From an uncultured Balneolaceae bacterium (GTDB taxonomy: Bacteria; Bacteroidota; Rhodothermia; Balneolales; Balneolaceae), in NCBI GenBank assembly GCA_913057825.1, contig CAJXOW010000007.1, positions 906-64,905 of the forward strand: DNA of 64,000 nt, read 5' to 3'. This document shows, piece after piece, positions 60,587 to 64,000 of the stretch (positions within the stretch are counted from its first letter, which is position 1; the number at the start of each line of letters is the position of its first letter). The notes under the pieces were generated by a model. That model saw nothing but the letters and a program-made list of their open reading frames with translations, had not been told where the DNA came from and did not search any database. Made by a program: the position numbers and the translations under genes.

Positions 60587-61507
60587 TTACCTCTCTTGCT
60601 TGTGCCGACCAAGCATCGCCTGGTTCATTGCCTCGTATCCTTCATGGATAACCAGGTTATCCGGAATCGAGGCGTCAAGTCCCTCTTTAAAAGCATCTGC
60701 ATATCCACTGGGGAGGGCAAAGTCGAATGAGATATCCGGAAACTTGTGGACAACTTCAGGCAGCATCTGAACATGAAAATCCATGTTGCCGGTATAGGTC
60801 AGGTACCCTGCCGCTGATTTCGGGTGACGTTTTTCAAGATAATCCTCCAGGTCGGGATACGGTACACTCGCTCCCAGAAAGACCGGATTCTCATCTTCCT
60901 CCAGCAAGAGATACTGAAGCATCAATATAGAAATGTCGTGGAGTTCCTGGTCCGGCAGAAAGAGGGTAGTCTCGGGTTTCTGATCGTTTGAATCGGCCAG
61001 GTCGATGGTGACCATCAACTTTCGACGGATAAAATTAGAAAGGAGGTGTTCGTGGACCGAATGTACCGTGCCGATCTCCCAGAGGGTTCCAAGAGTACTG
61101 AGTAAAGGCAGGAATAAATCTTTTAAGGTCAACCGAAATCCAAACCGCTCCAACGCCTTGTGGTAGATCTTTCGCAATTTGGCAGCCTCCAGATCCAGAA
61201 TCTGATTCAACGCATCGTCATATAACTGCTTTAAATACGCCTCATCATGCTGCTGAATCAACGATTCCAGCCGATCATCCAGTTCGCCTGCATCCATCTC
61301 CAGGACCGTGGAAATGCGGTATCCCTGATCCAGCATCTTCGCAACTTTCATCATATACCGCAGTGTCGACGCATCAAATTGATGCTCCTTTCCTTCGGTC
61401 CGCAGCGGCTCCAGAATACCATATCGCTTTTTCCATATACGCAAGCGATTGGTCTGGATTCCCGTAATCTGGGCGATGTCATTCAACGTAAAGGTTTGTT
61501 TAATCAT
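60587..61507 (-). CDS. MerR-family regulator with a B12-binding-like C-terminal domain (CarH/LitR-type candidate)
   Basis: N-terminal MerR HTH (FTLNDIAQITGIQTNRLRIWKKRYGILEPLRTEGKEHQF). C-terminal Rossmann-like module with the E-L-H-D-I segment where the cobalamin His-loop is expected. It is embedded in the crt cluster. Confidence 0.65.
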   Translation of the reverse strand: MIKQTFTLNDIAQITGIQTNRLRIWKKRYGILEPLRTEGKEHQFDASTLRYMMKVAKMLDQGYRISTVLEMDAGELDDRLESLIQQHDEAYLKQLYDDALNQILDLEAAKLRKIYHKALERFGFRLTLKDLFLPLLSTLGTLWEIGTVHSVHEHLLSNFIRRKLMVTIDLADSNDQKPETTLFLPDQELHDISILMLQYLLLEEDENPVFLGASVPYPDLEDYLEKRHPKSAAGYLTYTGNMDFHVQMLPEVVHKFPDISFDFALPSGYADAFKEGLDASIPDNLVIHEGYEAMNQAMLGRHKQER

Positions 61508-62189
61508 CTGTTTGGTCCTGTCTTTGCCACCGTTCGTAAATTATGACAATAGGCATTAGCAAAAGAAACGTATAGAACAGGTCTTCCACCGGTATAGAAT
61601 ACAGGCGGAATCCGAGGTTCTCCTGGTCGTTATAGAGTACAATCGGTTTTGCCGTTAAAAACCCGTTAACAATAAAAAAAGGTATTAACGTAAACAAGTA
61701 AGCGACCCAGAAACGAACCATATACGCAGGCCTCCATACATTAATCAACAGAAACAAGATGGATGAAAGCCCCAGTACCACCGATGTATAAGCCTTTTCG
61801 TGAAATATAAAGGCAGCAAACAAACATCCGGTGCCCATCAATGCGTGAAACCAGTAGAGCCCCGCCCCCCGTCGCCAGGCTCTTTCTTCTCCCCGCACGT
61901 ATCGCACCCACTCATATATATACATACAGGCATAGGGAATACATACAAAAAACAGCCATTCGGCCAGCGGAAGCCCCATGATGGTCACCCGACCACTGTA
62001 ACGCTCGTTAAAATGCCATACCCCGTTTTCCGCAAATCGGATATCCCACAAAATAAAAGGGACCAACACCAGGAATATGGCTGCAAACAACGGCTTCCAG
62101 CGGCGATAAAACTGAACACGGCGTTCAAAACTGCCCAGCAGGGGAATCAGAATCACCAACAAGTCCACCCACAGATACAGTGATTGCAT
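61500..62189 (-). CDS. Lycopene cyclase domain protein (fused CrtYc/CrtYd type)
   Basis: 229-aa polytopic protein with two repeated halves, lying between crtZ and the regulator. It overlaps both neighbours (8 nt and 1 nt). Confidence 0.7.
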   Translation of the reverse strand: MQSLYLWVDLLVILIPLLGSFERRVQFYRRWKPLFAAIFLVLVPFILWDIRFAENGVWHFNERYSGRVTIMGLPLAEWLFFVCIPYACMYIYEWVRYVRGEERAWRRGAGLYWFHALMGTGCLFAAFIFHEKAYTSVVLGLSSILFLLINVWRPAYMVRFWVAYLFTLIPFFIVNGFLTAKPIVLYNDQENLGFRLYSIPVEDLFYTFLLLMPIVIIYERWQRQDQTDD

Positions 62190-62659
62190 TACTTTCGCTT
62201 CCTGCCTTTCCGTTGTTTAGCCATTTCCCAATACCTGGAAGGCACCCACAAGAATCCATATGCCTCCCCGGGGATACGCTCAAGATGCTTGTGATGCATT
62301 TTGTGCGCCAGTCGAACCGCTCGAAGATAGGTGTTGTCAAATCGGTCCAACAAGCGAATACGACGGTGGACATACACGTCGTGCACCAGAAAATAGGCAA
62401 TACCATAGACTAAAATCCCGATCCCGATGCTCAACAAATACATATTCTCATGCATGGTTCCCTCGTAGATTAACCATATCGAGGGTACGGCAAAAATAAG
62501 GGCAAACACATCGTTAAGCTCCCATGTATGTTCGTGGGGCTTATGGTGATCCTCGTGCAGTTTCCATAACCAACCGTGCATGACGTACTTGTGGGTAAAC
62601 CACGCCATAAACTCCATAAACAAGAATGCTGCCAACCCTGTGGCTATATATGCTACCAT
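62189..62659 (-). CDS. crtZ: Beta-carotene hydroxylase
   Basis: 156 aa with histidine boxes HKYVMH, HEDHH, HDVYVH and HKMHH of the fatty-acid hydroxylase/CrtZ family. Confidence 0.85.
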   Translation of the reverse strand: MVAYIATGLAAFLFMEFMAWFTHKYVMHGWLWKLHEDHHKPHEHTWELNDVFALIFAVPSIWLIYEGTMHENMYLLSIGIGILVYGIAYFLVHDVYVHRRIRLLDRFDNTYLRAVRLAHKMHHKHLERIPGEAYGFLWVPSRYWEMAKQRKGRKRK

Positions 62660-62769
62660 GATTTGATCACATTTTGTAACGTTAAATATTTTTATATTGT
62701 TACATAATAATTATTATTTTAAATAACATCCATTGTTCGTAATATGAATATACTACATATAGTTACAAT

Positions 62770-64000
62770 ATGAAATCAAAGCTTGCCGTCATAGGGGCCG
62801 GGTTTTCCGGGTTAACCGCCGCTGTCGCATCTGCAAAGGCGGGGTATGAAGTGGACGTATATGAAAAAAACGCCACGCCCGGGGGACGTGCGCGCCAATT
62901 CAGCCGTGACGGGTTTCATTTTGACATGGGCCCCAGCTGGTATTGGATGCCGGACGTTATCGATGCCGAGTTCAAACGTTATGGTTATACGGCAACTGAT
63001 TTCTTTGACCTGCAGCGATTGGATCCCTCCTATACGGTTTTCTGGTCGGAGGATGAACCTTTGCAGGTCCCGGCCGACGTAGACCGGCTCACACCCTGGC
63101 TTGAGCAACGTGAAGAAGGTGCCGGACAAAAATTGCAGGATTTTTTGGAGGAGGCCCGGAAGAAATACCATCTCGGGATGTTCGACCTGGCTCAACAGCG
63201 AAAACCCAAGCTGAGAAATTTCGCGCGACCTCATATGATCAAGTCGGTGGCCACGCTCAATCTTTTTAAATCGATGCAGCGCCATATTGACCGATACTTC
63301 ACAGATCCGCAAATCCGACTACTCCTTAGCTTTCCCATATTGTTTCTAGGCGGGTCACCCCGGCAAATGCCGGCTCTCTACAGTCTCATGAATTACGCCG
63401 ACATGAAGCTCGGAACGTGGTATCCCCCCGGAGGAATATATGAACTCGTCAAAGCCTGGCATCAGCTTGCGGAAGAGTTGGACGTGGAATTTCATTTTAA
63501 CACGGAGATCGAGGAAATAAAAGTGCACTCAAACCGGGTCACCGGACTCCGGAGCGGCGACCAGTCTTTCGACGCTGATTCGCTTATTGCCACCGGCGAT
63601 TATCATCATGTCGAACAAAATCTGCTGCCGAAAAACCATCGGATATACAGCGAAAGCTACTGGAATTCCCGGACGATGTCGCCCTCGTGCCTGATCTACT
63701 ACCTCGGTCTCGATCGCAAGCTGCCGGGTCTTACGCATCACAACCTGTTTTTTGACGAAGATCTCGATCAGCATTCCGATGCCCTGTACAAGAACCCGAA
63801 ATGGCCGGAACGTCCCCTGTTTTACGCCTGCTGTCCCTCAAAAACCGACTCGACGGTAGCTCCGGAGGGCATGGAAAACCTTTTTCTGCTGATGCCCGTT
63901 GCCCCCGGACTAGACGATACTGAAAACATCAAGAGTTATTATTTCAAGCTCCTGGAAAAACGCATCGAACGACATACCGGGATTCGTCTTTCCGATTACC
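62770..64000 (+). CDS. crtI: Phytoene desaturase (partial; runs off the window)
   Basis: MKSKLAVIGAGFSGLTAAVASAKAGYEVDVYEKNATPGGRARQFSRDGFHFDMGPSWYWMPDV... The frame stays open to the window end, so the ORF track (which needs a stop codon) does not list it. Confidence 0.85.
   Translation, partial: MKSKLAVIGAGFSGLTAAVASAKAGYEVDVYEKNATPGGRARQFSRDGFHFDMGPSWYWMPDVIDAEFKRYGYTATDFFDLQRLDPSYTVFWSEDEPLQVPADVDRLTPWLEQREEGAGQKLQDFLEEARKKYHLGMFDLAQQRKPKLRNFARPHMIKSVATLNLFKSMQRHIDRYFTDPQIRLLLSFPILFLGGSPRQMPALYSLMNYADMKLGTWYPPGGIYELVKAWHQLAEELDVEFHFNTEIEEIKVHSNRVTGLRSGDQSFDADSLIATGDYHHVEQNLLPKNHRIYSESYWNSRTMSPSCLIYYLGLDRKLPGLTHHNLFFDEDLDQHSDALYKNPKWPERPLFYACCPSKTDSTVAPEGMENLFLLMPVAPGLDDTENIKSYYFKLLEKRIERHTGIRLSDY

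Overview
This 64 kb chromosomal window comes from an FCB-group bacterium (Bacteroidota, Balneolota or Rhodothermota-like). The lineage call rests on three proteins with T9SS C-terminal sorting tails, an rpmB-rpmG-DUF4295 operon, and a carotenoid cluster. Gene content is mostly housekeeping: mnmG-rsmG, gyrB-gyrA, uvrA, uvrB, tyrS and tyrA. There are also transport and catabolism genes (MFS sugar porter, sulfatase, putP, proline dehydrogenase, an AGCS symporter), two large LamG/T9SS surface proteins, and a divergent crtZ-cyclase-carH-like / crtI unit at the right edge. I recognised no defence, phage or transposase genes, no tRNA or rRNA, and no CRISPR array.

The unusual signal is non-coding. 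Between about 36.4 and 60.6 kb, 12 of 18 intergenic spacers are filled by 140-180 nt rod-like palindromic elements of several types:
- Family 1 has three copies with related arms and cores.
- Family 2 has four copies with a conserved core but copy-specific, near-perfectly paired outer arms.
- There is one singleton 168 nt hairpin.
- A third class has inverted arms built from tandem 7-nt units of unrelated sequence.

A separate C-run/G-run motif family (GTCCTCCCCC, then a variable hairpin, then TCCCCCTCCGAAGGGGGA) has at least five copies.

Other points:
- Three consensus parS sites cluster around rsmG and a WYL regulator, with no parAB genes present.
- A GH172/DUF2961 gene is interrupted by an in-frame TGA.
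- A histidine-kinase 3' fragment and an orphan, start-less ParE-like toxin are present.

All functional calls come from motif recognition by eye. No searches or folding computations were run.
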